This document shows positions 29,091 through 39,082 of a DNA stretch of 64,000 nucleotides, in pieces. How positions within the stretch are numbered: position 1 is the stretch's first letter; every line of letters begins with the position of its first letter. The DNA is from an uncultured Solirubrobacteraceae bacterium. Lineage in GTDB: Bacteria; Actinomycetota; Thermoleophilia; Solirubrobacterales; Solirubrobacteraceae. The DNA lies in NCBI GenBank assembly GCA_964588985.1, contig CAZPQW010000014.1, positions 31,938 to 95,937 on the forward strand, read 5' to 3'. The notes beneath the pieces are model-generated. The model ran no database searches, was not told where the DNA came from, and saw only the letters and a list, made by a program, of their open reading frames with translations. The translations under genes and the position numbers were made by a program.

Positions 29091-29510
29091 ATGATCAAAA
29101 TCGCCAACGCGCAGCTGTGGGTCAACGACCAAGAGGAGGCGCTCGCCTTCTACACGCAGAAGGTCGGCATGGAGGTGCGCACCGACGTGACGCTCCCCGA
29201 GATGGGCAACTTTCGCTGGCTGACCGTAGGGCCCGTGGGGCAACCGGACGTGGCGATCGTGTTGATGGCCATCCCCGGCCCGCCGATGATGGATGCCGAC
29301 ACCGCACAGGACGTGCGCGACCTGATGGCCAAGGGCTTCGCAGGCACGGTCTTCCTCACGACCGAGGATTGCCGCGCCTCTTACAATGAACTGAAGAGCA
29401 GGGGCGTGGAGTTCACGGAGGCGCCTGAGGAGCGCCCCTATGGCATCGACTCCGGCTTTCGCGATCCGTCCGGCAACGCGATTCGACTGACGCAGGTCAG
29501 AGGGATGTGA
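29091..29510 (+). CDS. VOC/glyoxalase family protein
   Basis: DQEEALAFYTQK...RWLTV...RPYG...FRDPSGN. RBS AGGAG. Confidence 0.92.
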   Translation: MIKIANAQLWVNDQEEALAFYTQKVGMEVRTDVTLPEMGNFRWLTVGPVGQPDVAIVLMAIPGPPMMDADTAQDVRDLMAKGFAGTVFLTTEDCRASYNELKSRGVEFTEAPEERPYGIDSGFRDPSGNAIRLTQVRGM

Positions 29511-29657
29511 TCGCTGGTCCGCCGTGTCTCGCGGCTGCGACGGATACGCAGGGCGCGGCGGGCCAACTACTTAGTCCAGTGGGTGGCACGTACTGTCGTC
29601 ACATGGGCGTAATGGGTCGATCTGTTCAAGATGTCAGTACAGATCGATCAGACAGGC

Positions 29658-32054
29658 ATGCCTGAGGAGGGTACGGAGCGACTCCCGCGGGGGAGCGGCA
29701 GACGGTGGGTGCTCGTCGTGTGCCTGGTGCTCGTGGCCGGCCTGGCCGCCTCGCTCATCAGCGCAGCGCTGTGGCGATCGAGCGTGCGCACCCATGAAAG
29801 GCAGACCTTCGACGCGACCGCATCCGACGTGACCGCGACGCTCGAGACGCTGCTGCGTCGCGATGCCGATTTCGTGGGGACGACGCGTGCGGTGCTGACG
29901 ATGCAGCCGCACATGAGCAACACTCGCTTCGAAGCGTGGTTTGACGAACTACGCGGTAGGGAACGAGTGGCGGGAGGCCTCGGAGCGAGCGTCGTCGAAC
30001 GTGTCTCGGCATCTGAGCTCGGTGCTTTCCAAGCGAGACGCGCCAGCGATCGTGCGTTTCGCTCGGTTGTGGGCGGCAGGGTCGAGCGCGTCGTCGCCAC
30101 GGGCAGATCCAGCTATTGCCTGCTGTCGGCCACCGTTTCGATACGGGGTGGGCTCGGTAGCGAACTCGCCCAGGTGCTGCAGGCAGATTGGTGCTCGCGC
30201 CGCTCTCCGGTCGGACGCTCTCAGGGTGCCCTCCTGCAGGCACAGACCGACACCGGGCAGCTTCTCGTGTTGCCCGTCACAGGGCAAGGGGTGCGCACGA
30301 TCGTCTTTCAGACGGCCTTCTATCGGCGTGGTGTCAGCCTCGCGAGCGTCGCACAGCGTCGCGCCGCCGTCAGCGGCTGGCTGCTGAGCACGTTCGACAT
30401 TCCGGCTGTGATGCGGCTCGCGGTCGGCATGCACCGCGACCTGTCGGTGGCGCTGTATCACAGCAACCCTGGACGACACATCGAATTGCTCGATCGGGTC
30501 GGCTCGGCTGGAACGGCGAGAAGGTTCTCATACGGCAAGACGCTCAAGATCGGTGGGGCTTGGGCGGTCAAGGTGTCGGGTGCGCCGCCTGCCGGCGGGT
30601 TGTCGGCGAGCGCCCAGGGGATGTTGGTCCTCGTCGGCGGGTCGCTCGTGAGCGCACTGCTGTGTGCGTTGATCTTGGTGTTGGCGCGCTCGCGTGAGCG
30701 CGCGTACGCGATGGTGCGCGAGAAGACGGGGCAGTTGCGCCACCAGTCGTTGCACGACGCGCTCACCGGCCTGGCCAACCGCGCGCTCGTGCTCGACCGG
30801 GGACAGCAGATGATCGCGCGGGCCAGACGCCGGCAGGCGCCGGTGGCGGCTCTGTATATCGATCTGGACGGCTTCAAGCACGTGAACGACACCTTCGGGC
30901 ACGCCGCCGGCGACCTGCTCCTGCAGATCGTGGCCGCACGCCTGACGACGGTCGTCAGGGATGCCGACACGGCCGGTCGCCTCGGCGGCGACGAGTTCGT
31001 GGTGCTGCTCGAAGGCTCCACGCTGGAGGAGGGTCCCGAGGTGGTCGCCGAGCGTGTTCTGGAGGCGTTGGGCGAGCCTTACGATCTGAGTCATCTCGGG
31101 CGCCAGCTGTCGGTCACGGCCAGCGTGGGTATCGCCATCGGTACGTTCGCGACCGCGGACGAGTTGCTGCGCGACGCCGACCTCGCTCTCTATGACGCCA
31201 AGGCGGCTGGCCGCAACCGCTATGCGATGTTCGAGTCGAGCATGAGGACGGCCGCTCAGGACATGCTGATGCTGGAGATGGACCTTGCCGGCGCGCTCGC
31301 TCATGGCCAGCTGTTCCTGCTCTACCAGCCCATATTCGATCTGCGGTCTGAGAGAGTCACCGGGGTGGAGGCGCTGGTTCGCTGGCGTCACCCCACGCGC
31401 GGCGTCATCGCTCCCGATGGCTTCATCCCGATCGCCGAGGAGAGTGGGCTGATCGTCCCGCTCGGACGCTGGGTTCTAAGTGAGGCCTGCCGTCAGGCCG
31501 CCGTGTGGGACGAGTATGGCCACCGCGTCGGCATGTGGGTCAACGTCTCCGCTCGTCAGCTCGACGACGACGGGCTGATCGAGGACGTGCGCGACGCGCT
31601 CGAGCGCAGCATACTCGACCCCGAGGCGCTGACATTGGAGATCACCGAGACAACGCTCATGCGCGACTGCTCGGCCACTGCCGAGCGCCTGATCGCGCTC
31701 AAGGAGCTGGGTGTGCGCATCGCGATCGACGACTTCGGCACGGGCTACAGTTCGCTTGCCTATCTGAGCCGGTTCCCGGCTGACACCTTGAAGATCGACC
31801 GCTCGTTCATCGAGGACATCGCGACCTCGAAGGCTTCCGCGGCGCTCATCCACACCTTCGTGCAGCTCGGCAAGACGCTGGACGTGGAGATGCTCGCGGA
31901 GGGCGTCGAGGATCGATCCCAGCTTGAGGCTCTGCAGCGCGAGCAATGCGATCTGGGGCAGGGATTTCTGTTCTCGCGTCCTCTCGAGGTGGGCGACATG
32001 GAGATCTTGCTCGACGGTGCCGGCTCGAGCGTGAAGACGCTCGTTGTCGGCTAG
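29658..32054 (+). CDS. Membrane CHASE-like + GGDEF + EAL protein with intact motifs
   Basis: HDALTGLANR, DLDGFKHVND, GGDEF, VEALVRW, VNVS, EITE, DDFGTGYSSL and AEGVE. ATG 29631 is an alternative start. Confidence 0.92.
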   Translation: MPEEGTERLPRGSGRRWVLVVCLVLVAGLAASLISAALWRSSVRTHERQTFDATASDVTATLETLLRRDADFVGTTRAVLTMQPHMSNTRFEAWFDELRGRERVAGGLGASVVERVSASELGAFQARRASDRAFRSVVGGRVERVVATGRSSYCLLSATVSIRGGLGSELAQVLQADWCSRRSPVGRSQGALLQAQTDTGQLLVLPVTGQGVRTIVFQTAFYRRGVSLASVAQRRAAVSGWLLSTFDIPAVMRLAVGMHRDLSVALYHSNPGRHIELLDRVGSAGTARRFSYGKTLKIGGAWAVKVSGAPPAGGLSASAQGMLVLVGGSLVSALLCALILVLARSRERAYAMVREKTGQLRHQSLHDALTGLANRALVLDRGQQMIARARRRQAPVAALYIDLDGFKHVNDTFGHAAGDLLLQIVAARLTTVVRDADTAGRLGGDEFVVLLEGSTLEEGPEVVAERVLEALGEPYDLSHLGRQLSVTASVGIAIGTFATADELLRDADLALYDAKAAGRNRYAMFESSMRTAAQDMLMLEMDLAGALAHGQLFLLYQPIFDLRSERVTGVEALVRWRHPTRGVIAPDGFIPIAEESGLIVPLGRWVLSEACRQAAVWDEYGHRVGMWVNVSARQLDDDGLIEDVRDALERSILDPEALTLEITETTLMRDCSATAERLIALKELGVRIAIDDFGTGYSSLAYLSRFPADTLKIDRSFIEDIATSKASAALIHTFVQLGKTLDVEMLAEGVEDRSQLEALQREQCDLGQGFLFSRPLEVGDMEILLDGAGSSVKTLVVG

Positions 32055-32182
32055 GGAGATGCGTTCGACGCCCGTGTTAGGCGGGCTTGCCACGCGCGAC
32101 CGTATACGAGTAAGATCCGTTCAAGCGAGCGGTTCGATCAGATAGGACTTATATGGAGCCGGCGTGAGGTCAGGAGGCGGAT

Positions 32183-34759
32183 GTGGAACGTGCTGCTCGG
32201 GTCGTGCTCGGCGTTGCGCAGAGCGTGCTGGGTGAGCTCGACCTGGAGGTGGTGTTCGATCGGGTCCTGGAGGGTGCTCGTGCGTTGACCGGCGCCCGCT
32301 ATGCGGCGATCGGAGTGCTGGACGAGGTGAAGGTCGGCGTGGGCGTGGAGGCCGAGTTGGCGAGGTTCATCACGGTGGGCATCGACGACGTTACACACGC
32401 GTCGATCGGCGCTCTCCCGCGCGGTCACGGGGTGCTGGGTGAGCTGATCATGAATCCCATGCCGCTGCGCCTCACAGACGTGGGAGCCCATCCGCACTCC
32501 TACGGATTCCCGCACGGCCATCCCCCGATGAAGACGTTCCTGGGTGTCCCCGTGCTGGTCGGCGGGGAGCCCTTCGGGAACCTCTATCTGACCGAGAAGG
32601 TCGAGTGCGAGCCGTTCACCGATGCCGACGAAGAAGCAGCCACGATGCTCGCCAGGATCGCCGGCGTGGCGATCGAGAACGCGCGCCGCTACACCGGCGT
32701 GAGCAAGCGTCGCGAGGAGCTCGAGCGCACGGTCGCGGCGCTCGAAGTCACTACGCAGATATCGCGCGCGATCGGCGACCAGACGGATCTCGACGCGATC
32801 CTCGATCTGGTCGCCAAGCGCGGACGCGCGGTTATCGACGCGCGCATTCTGCTGATCGAGCTGCAGCAGGGCCAAGACCTCGTTGTGGCGGCAGGGGCCG
32901 GTGAGCTCCCGGAAGACCTGATCGGCAGGCGCGTCGGTCTCGAAGGCACCGTCGCTGGCCACGCGCTGCGCACGCGCCGCACTCAGCGCCTGACCGACGA
33001 GCTCAACCGAGCGCGCTTCGAGGAGCACGGTCTCGGTAGTCGTGGGGTCGAGGCCGAGGATGGTCTGATCGTCCCGCTGATCTTCAGGGACCAGACCTAC
33101 GGCGTGCTGCTGGCGGTCGATCGCGTGCAGGGAGGCCCCAGGTTCAATCGTGAGGACGTGCGCCTGCTGGAGGCGTTTGCGGCGAGCGCGGCCACCGCCG
33201 TCGCCACAGCGCGCGCGGTGGCGAGCGACCTGCAGCGCCTCGCCGCGGTGGTGGAATCCTCCAGCGACGCGATCGTGACGGTCGACATGGGTGGTTTGAT
33301 CACGAGCTGGAACTCTGGCGCGGAGGCCATTTATGGCTCCACGCTCGAGGAGATGCTCGGCACAGACGGGACCGTCCTGGTGCCGCAGGAGAAGGCAGCC
33401 GATCGTGTGACCCTCGACAGCATTCTGGCCGGAGGCGAGGGCATCAAGCGCTACGAGACAGTGCGAATGCGCAGTGACGGATCGCGGGTCGAGGTGTCGG
33501 TGAGCGTCTTTGCGATCCGAGGCGCTGATGGAGGTGTCGAGGGAGCAGCCTCGATCGCACGCGACATGACCGAGCGCAAGCAGATGGAGCGCGTGCTCGC
33601 TCAGACCCAAAGGCTGGAGAGCCTCGGACAGCTCGCGGGTGGCATCGCACACGACATGAACAACCTGCTCGCGATCATCCTCAACTACGCGGACTTCGCG
33701 CTCGAGAGCATCGCGGAGGAGCCAGCCGGAGAGGAGGTCCGCGAGATTCGCGCGGCGGCAGAGCGCGCCGGCGCGCTGGTTCGCCAGCTGCTGCTGTTCG
33801 CGCGCCAGGAAGCGGTCTCCGAGCAGGAGCTGGACGTGAGCGAGGTCGTCGGCGAGTTGGAGAAGATGCTCGGCCGCACGCTGGGCGAGCACATCGAGTT
33901 GCGCACGGAGCTCGTGCAGACCCCATGGTCGATCGAGGCGGATCGCGCGCAGGTCGAGCAGGTGGCGATGAATCTGGCGGTGAACGCGCGCGACGCGATG
34001 CCAGACGGGGGCACGTTGACGATCTCCACGACCAACTGCAGGATCGAGCCGGGTACGAGGGACGCTCTTGCGAGTCATGTCGAGGTGGGCGACTACCTGT
34101 GTCTCGAGGTGAGCGACACCGGCGCGGGCATGCCCGCGGAGGTCGTGTCGAAGGCATTCGAGCCGTTCTTCACCACCAAGCCGACCGGATCGGGCACGGG
34201 TCTCGGGCTGGCGACGGTGTACGGCATCGTGACGAAGGCCGGTGGAAGCGTTCAGATCGACTCCGAGCCCGGACTGGGCACAGTCGTGAAGGCGTACTGG
34301 CCGGCTGCCCAGCGGGCCCAGCACGGGGATGTCTCGCTCGTGCTCGCGGACAGCGTCGACCCGACACGCGCCTCGACGGGGGAGACGATCCTGCTCGTCG
34401 AGGACGAGGATGCGCTGCGGGCGATCGTCAAGCGACTGCTGGAAGCTGAGGGTTACAAGGTCCTCGCGGCGGGACTGCCGAGCGCGGCGATCGAGCTGTC
34501 CGAACCACCTGAGCAAAGCATCGCTTTGCTGCTCACTGATCTGGTCATGCCGGGCATGTCCGGCGCGGCGCTGGTGGAGCATATGCGCAAGGTGCGCCCC
34601 ACGCTGCCAGTCGTATATATGTCCGGTTACGTCGCAAGCCCCGACGACGTACCCGAAGGCGCAGTGTTCGTGGGCAAGCCGTTCAAGCGCTCGGAGCTGC
34701 TCGCCGCGGTGGGTAGCGCGCTCGAGAAGCAGCCGCTGTCGCGTGCGCAGCGCGCGTGA
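32183..34759 (+). CDS. Hybrid sensor kinase GAF-GAF-PAS-HisKA-HATPase-REC
   Basis: GAF (HPPMKTFLGVP), PAS (SSSDAI..SWNSGAE), AGGIAHDMNN, EPFFTTK, GTGLGL and LLTDLVMP. RBS AGGAGG. Confidence 0.92.
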   Translation: MERAARVVLGVAQSVLGELDLEVVFDRVLEGARALTGARYAAIGVLDEVKVGVGVEAELARFITVGIDDVTHASIGALPRGHGVLGELIMNPMPLRLTDVGAHPHSYGFPHGHPPMKTFLGVPVLVGGEPFGNLYLTEKVECEPFTDADEEAATMLARIAGVAIENARRYTGVSKRREELERTVAALEVTTQISRAIGDQTDLDAILDLVAKRGRAVIDARILLIELQQGQDLVVAAGAGELPEDLIGRRVGLEGTVAGHALRTRRTQRLTDELNRARFEEHGLGSRGVEAEDGLIVPLIFRDQTYGVLLAVDRVQGGPRFNREDVRLLEAFAASAATAVATARAVASDLQRLAAVVESSSDAIVTVDMGGLITSWNSGAEAIYGSTLEEMLGTDGTVLVPQEKAADRVTLDSILAGGEGIKRYETVRMRSDGSRVEVSVSVFAIRGADGGVEGAASIARDMTERKQMERVLAQTQRLESLGQLAGGIAHDMNNLLAIILNYADFALESIAEEPAGEEVREIRAAAERAGALVRQLLLFARQEAVSEQELDVSEVVGELEKMLGRTLGEHIELRTELVQTPWSIEADRAQVEQVAMNLAVNARDAMPDGGTLTISTTNCRIEPGTRDALASHVEVGDYLCLEVSDTGAGMPAEVVSKAFEPFFTTKPTGSGTGLGLATVYGIVTKAGGSVQIDSEPGLGTVVKAYWPAAQRAQHGDVSLVLADSVDPTRASTGETILLVEDEDALRAIVKRLLEAEGYKVLAAGLPSAAIELSEPPEQSIALLLTDLVMPGMSGAALVEHMRKVRPTLPVVYMSGYVASPDDVPEGAVFVGKPFKRSELLAAVGSALEKQPLSRAQRA

Positions 34760-34829
34760 GGCTCTGTGAGACACGTCGAGTGCTGCGCGTGAAGCTTGCG
34801 GTCGAGCCCGCGAAGCCGATGCTGAGCGT

Positions 34830-35828
34830 ATGAGTCCGCTGCCGCACAGTCTGCGCTCCGACAAGCGGTTGATGACTTACACAGCCGCGGCGATGTACGG
34901 CGCGGCGGTTCTCGATGCGGCGATCGAGGGTCTGCTGCCAGGCGATCCGAGCTTCGCGCTTGCCCCCGCCCTCGTAGCTCTCCCGCTGGTGGCGTTGATC
35001 CTCCTCCTGGGGCCGCGGCTGGCGCGCTGGGCACTCGCGCCGCTCGGCCCACTCGGCGTCGGGCTCATCGCCTACGCAGTGGCCACCACCCCAGGCGCGG
35101 GCGATGGCGCTGTGCTGTACATGTGGCCAGTGCTCTGGACGACGTTCTTTTTCGGACGTCGAGGGGCCGCTTCGATCGTCGCGTGCGTCGGCGTCGCCCA
35201 CGTGCTGACCCTCCTCTCGCTGTCCTCCGCGAGCAGTTATCCCGGGCGTTGGGTCGACGTGATGGTCTCCGTTTGCGTGGTCGCCGCCGTCACCCTGATG
35301 CTCGTCAACCGCAACGAGCAACTTCTTGCACGGCTGACGAGAGAAGCGCGCACAGACGAGCTCACCGGCCTGCTCAACCGACGCGGCTTCGACGAGCGCG
35401 CACTAATCGAGCTGGCACGCGTCAGACGCAACGACCAGTCGATCGCACTGGTGATGTTCGATCTCGACCACTTCAAGCACGTCAACGACGAGTGGGGACA
35501 CGACGTCGGCGATCGGGTGCTCGCTCGCACCGGAGCTGTGCTGGCCGAGTCCTCAAGAGACATCGACGTCGTCGCACGGTTCGGCGGGGAGGAGTTCCTG
35601 GTGCTGCTGCCAGAAAGCGACAGCATCGATGCCGAGGCCTTCGCGGAACGTGTCCGTCTGGCGCTCGCGGAGGGAGCCTCCTCAGGGCTGCCGGCCGTGC
35701 AGGTCAGCGCCGGAGTCGACGCCTCGAGCACGATCGGCGACGTGGAGACGCTGCTGCGACGAGCCGACACGGCACTGTACGACGCGAAGCGGGCCGGCCG
35801 CGACCGCACCGTGGTATTTCAGCGCTAG
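34830..35828 (+). CDS. Membrane diguanylate cyclase
   Basis: Multiple TM helices, TDELTGLLNRR, DLDHFKHVND, RDID I-site and GGEEF. Confidence 0.92.
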   Translation: MSPLPHSLRSDKRLMTYTAAAMYGAAVLDAAIEGLLPGDPSFALAPALVALPLVALILLLGPRLARWALAPLGPLGVGLIAYAVATTPGAGDGAVLYMWPVLWTTFFFGRRGAASIVACVGVAHVLTLLSLSSASSYPGRWVDVMVSVCVVAAVTLMLVNRNEQLLARLTREARTDELTGLLNRRGFDERALIELARVRRNDQSIALVMFDLDHFKHVNDEWGHDVGDRVLARTGAVLAESSRDIDVVARFGGEEFLVLLPESDSIDAEAFAERVRLALAEGASSGLPAVQVSAGVDASSTIGDVETLLRRADTALYDAKRAGRDRTVVFQR

Positions 35829-36274
35829 GCCTGTTGATCCGGATCGATCGATGCTCGCAGGCGTGGCTCAAGCTCACATTCGCTGAGAGGACCTGCGGCC
35901 GTGAGGACGGGCCGCTCGATATCGCGACGAATGTCTGCGAGCAGCGCGGAAAGCTCAGCAGCGCGGTCGGGCGTGGGCCGCGAGAGCGCAAACTCGACGC
36001 TGACGGCCGCCGCGGATGCATCGCCGAAGCCGAACATCCCGAGCGAGCCCGCCAGCATGTGCGCCGCCCTCTGCGCGCTGTCTGTGAGGTCCGCGTCGAG
36101 GCGACCCTCCACCAACGCGTGGGTTGCCTGTTCGATCACGGCCAGACGCTCGTCGACGGCATCGTGCTGGCCCTCCCAAACCGCGGCCAGGGCGTCGGCG
36201 TCCCAGGCGGCGCGGTCGCGACGCGAGGTCCGCGCGGCGCGCTCGCGGGTAGCGGTGTTGGATGGGGCGTACAT
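35825..36274 (-). CDS. Hpt (histidine phosphotransfer) domain protein
   Basis: AQRAAHMLAGSLGMFGFGDAS..A..VE. Start uncertain (36274 or 36295). Confidence 0.8.
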   Translation of the reverse strand: MYAPSNTATRERAARTSRRDRAAWDADALAAVWEGQHDAVDERLAVIEQATHALVEGRLDADLTDSAQRAAHMLAGSLGMFGFGDASAAAVSVEFALSRPTPDRAAELSALLADIRRDIERPVLTAAGPLSECELEPRLRASIDPDQQA

Positions 36275-36440
36275 GGTGGTGCTCTGGTTGAGCATCGGCG
36301 GAAGCGTGCCCCACAGCGAGCGCGACGGTCGTTGCCCGACCAAAGGTCCAGGCGGTTCGATTCGTGCTCTCGGGATTTCGGCGACGGCTGTGGTGGACTA
36401 CGGAGCGCGTGCCCGCCGCGCGCGTCGATGACGAACGTGT

Positions 36441-38258
36441 ATGCCCGACATGGCGCCGATCCGGTCCAGATTCGCGTCGCGGCTGCGCCGCATCGTCGCG
36501 GTGGACGAGCGTTTCGGCCGCGTCGCCGGCGTGGTCGCGACGCTCGTACTGGTGTGCGTGAGCTGGCAGCTGTTCGGCTGGATCCCCGGCAGTCGAGAGG
36601 ATGTCGGAGACTTGCTGATCATCCTCGTCGATGGGGCGGCGGTTGCCGCGTCGTGGTACGCGTCGCGGCGCTGCGCCGAGGCCGGCGGCCTGCGGACGTT
36701 CTGGCGTCTGATGAGCGTCGCACTGCTCGCGGAGGCACTCGGCGACGTCGTGCAGGCGGTCTACGACATCGGCCTGAAGCAGTCCCCGTATCCCTCGTTT
36801 GCGGACCCGTTCTACCTCGCCTTCTACCCGCTGCTGCTGTATGCGCTGTGGCGGGTGCCGGCCCCTTCGGTGACGCGCTCGAGGTTTCTGAGGACGACGC
36901 TCGACGGCGCGACGATCGTCGTCGGCGGAGGCGCGATCGTGTGGTACTTCGTGCTCGGTCCGACGACGCTCGAGACTGGTCACAGCGCCCTGGGGGTGGG
37001 CGTGTCGGCGGCGTTCCCGATCGGCGACCTGTGCCTGCTGGCGGGCATCGCGGCCGTGCTGCTGCGTCAGAGCCCGCGTGCGCTCCGTGCCCCGCTCGCG
37101 CTGATCACCGTCGCGGTGCTGCTCGGCATCGTGGCTGACGTGTTCTACGGGTACGGGCAGTTGCACGGCACCTATGCGCCCGGAGGCTGGGTCGACATGA
37201 TGTACCTGCTCGAGTTCGCGGCGTTCGCGCTGGCGGGAGCGAGCCAGAGGAGCATTCGGCGCGACGATCCGGACGCGCTCGTCGACGTCACGAGCCGATT
37301 CAGGTCGCATGCGAGCTGGCTTCCGTACCTGAGCGTGGCGGTCGGCCTGTGCTTCGTGCTCGGCGTGGAGCGCGAAGACAACTTCTTCCCGAACGTGAGC
37401 CTTCTTCTGATCGTGGTCGTGCTCGCGGTGCTCGTCGCCGCTCGCCAGTACGCAGCCCAGCGGGAGCTCGTGCGGGCCGAGGCGGCGCTGCGCGAGAGCG
37501 AGCGCCTGAAGGACGAGCTGCTGTCGGTGGTGGGGCACGAGCTGCGGACCCCCCTGACCTCGATCCGCGGCTCGCTGGGGCTGCTGGACGGCGGCGTTCT
37601 CGGTGAGCTCCCGCCGGAGGCGGCGAACATGGTCGCGGTGGCGGTTCTCAACACCGACCGGCTGGTGCGGCTGATCAACGACATCCTCGACGTCGAGCGC
37701 ATGAACGCCGGCGTCCTGCAACTCGAGCCGACCGCGATGGACGCACGCTTGCTGGTGCGCGGGGCGGTGCAGACCGTGCAGGCGATGGCCGACGCGGCCG
37801 GTGTGACGCTGCGCTGCGAGGTCGACCCGCTGACGGTGTCGGCCGACGGTGATCGGGTCGTGCAGGCTCTTGTGAACCTGCTCGGCAATGCGGTGAAGTT
37901 CTCCGCGCGTGGCGGCGTGGTGAGCGTGAGTGCGCGCCGGCGGGAGCACTGTGCGCTGTTCTCGGTCCGCGACGGCGGTCGCGGCATACCCGCGGACCGG
38001 CTGGAGAGCATCTTCGAGCGCTTCCGTCAGGTCGACGCCTCCGATGCGCGCGAGAAGGGCGGTACCGGTCTCGGTCTGCCGATCGCGCGCGGGATCGTGG
38101 AGCGCCACGGCGGACGCATGTGGGCGGAGAGCGGGGAGGGGCAGGGCGCCACGTTCCGCTTCACTCTGCCGCTGGCCAACGAGCCGAACGAGCGGAGTGT
38201 GCGGGATGCGAGCCGCCCTGGCCGGCATCGCGGGCAGCTGACGGGGAGCGCCACATGA
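36441..38258 (+). CDS. Membrane sensor histidine kinase
   Basis: Multi-TM N-terminus (PYPSFADPFYL), HELRTPL, NLLGNAVKF and GGTGLGL. Confidence 0.92.
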   Translation: MPDMAPIRSRFASRLRRIVAVDERFGRVAGVVATLVLVCVSWQLFGWIPGSREDVGDLLIILVDGAAVAASWYASRRCAEAGGLRTFWRLMSVALLAEALGDVVQAVYDIGLKQSPYPSFADPFYLAFYPLLLYALWRVPAPSVTRSRFLRTTLDGATIVVGGGAIVWYFVLGPTTLETGHSALGVGVSAAFPIGDLCLLAGIAAVLLRQSPRALRAPLALITVAVLLGIVADVFYGYGQLHGTYAPGGWVDMMYLLEFAAFALAGASQRSIRRDDPDALVDVTSRFRSHASWLPYLSVAVGLCFVLGVEREDNFFPNVSLLLIVVVLAVLVAARQYAAQRELVRAEAALRESERLKDELLSVVGHELRTPLTSIRGSLGLLDGGVLGELPPEAANMVAVAVLNTDRLVRLINDILDVERMNAGVLQLEPTAMDARLLVRGAVQTVQAMADAAGVTLRCEVDPLTVSADGDRVVQALVNLLGNAVKFSARGGVVSVSARRREHCALFSVRDGGRGIPADRLESIFERFRQVDASDAREKGGTGLGLPIARGIVERHGGRMWAESGEGQGATFRFTLPLANEPNERSVRDASRPGRHRGQLTGSAT

Positions 38259-38626
38259 GGTCGCGCCTGCTGCTCGTCGACGACGCCGAGGACATCCGCG
38301 CGATCGCGCGGATGAGCCTCGAGCGGGTGGGGGGCTGGGAGGTGGTGTCCGCGCCCGGAGGGGCGGAGGCGCTGCGTGCTCTGCGCGAGGACGGACCGTT
38401 CGACGCGGTGCTGCTGGACGTGATGATGCCCGGCATGGACGGTCCGGCGACGCTCGCGCGTATGCGCGAGGACGGGCTGGCGGCGGAGGTGCCGGTGGTC
38501 TTCCTCACCGCCAAGGCGACGGGCGCCGATTGTCGCAGGCTGGAGGCGCTTGGCGGCGCCGGAGTGCTCCCCAAGCCGTTCGATCCGATGGATCTGCCGC
38601 GGGAGCTCGAGCGACTGCTGGAGTAG
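38255..38626 (+). CDS. Single-domain response regulator
   Basis: LLLVDD, LLDVMMPGMDG, FLTAK and KPFDP. ATGA overlap with the kinase. Confidence 0.92.
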   Translation: MRSRLLLVDDAEDIRAIARMSLERVGGWEVVSAPGGAEALRALREDGPFDAVLLDVMMPGMDGPATLARMREDGLAAEVPVVFLTAKATGADCRRLEALGGAGVLPKPFDPMDLPRELERLLE

Positions 38627-38685
38627 TCGCTGCGCTTCGCTGTACGCTCTTTATGTGGAAGGAGCCTGAGATGTGGAACGAGGCT

Positions 38686-39024
38686 TCACGAGTGCAGGGC
38701 CTGCTCGATCGCGACGCGCAGCTGCTCGAGCGTGTACGGCTTGACGAGGCTCGCGGCGAACTGGACGTCGAGGTCGGCGAGCTCCTGCGGCGGGGCGGCG
38801 ACGCTCGCGCAGATCAGCGGCAGCTCGGGCACGGCGAGCGAGGCCGCCTGCGCGAACACGGCGCCGACGGGCGCGGCCGGCTCGAGGATGAGTACGTCGG
38901 CGCTCGTGAGGTGTTCGGGGCCGGGGATCGCCACGGCGATCGGCTCGTGACCGAGGCGGGCGACCATCCGCTCGAGCAGCCGGCGAACGTCCTCTTGGGG
39001 CTCGCAGATCAGGATTCGTGCCAT
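38686..39024 (-). CDS. Atypical (pseudo-)receiver domain protein
   Basis: ARILICEP...DVLILEP...LICAS...VKPYTLEQL. Glu occupies the phospho-Asp position. Confidence 0.72.
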   Translation of the reverse strand: MARILICEPQEDVRRLLERMVARLGHEPIAVAIPGPEHLTSADVLILEPAAPVGAVFAQAASLAVPELPLICASVAAPPQELADLDVQFAASLVKPYTLEQLRVAIEQALHS

Positions 39025-39082
39025 GTGGCGATGATCGGCGGCGCCGGCGAGATTTCGGGGTGTGGGGCGGTATGAAAGGCGT

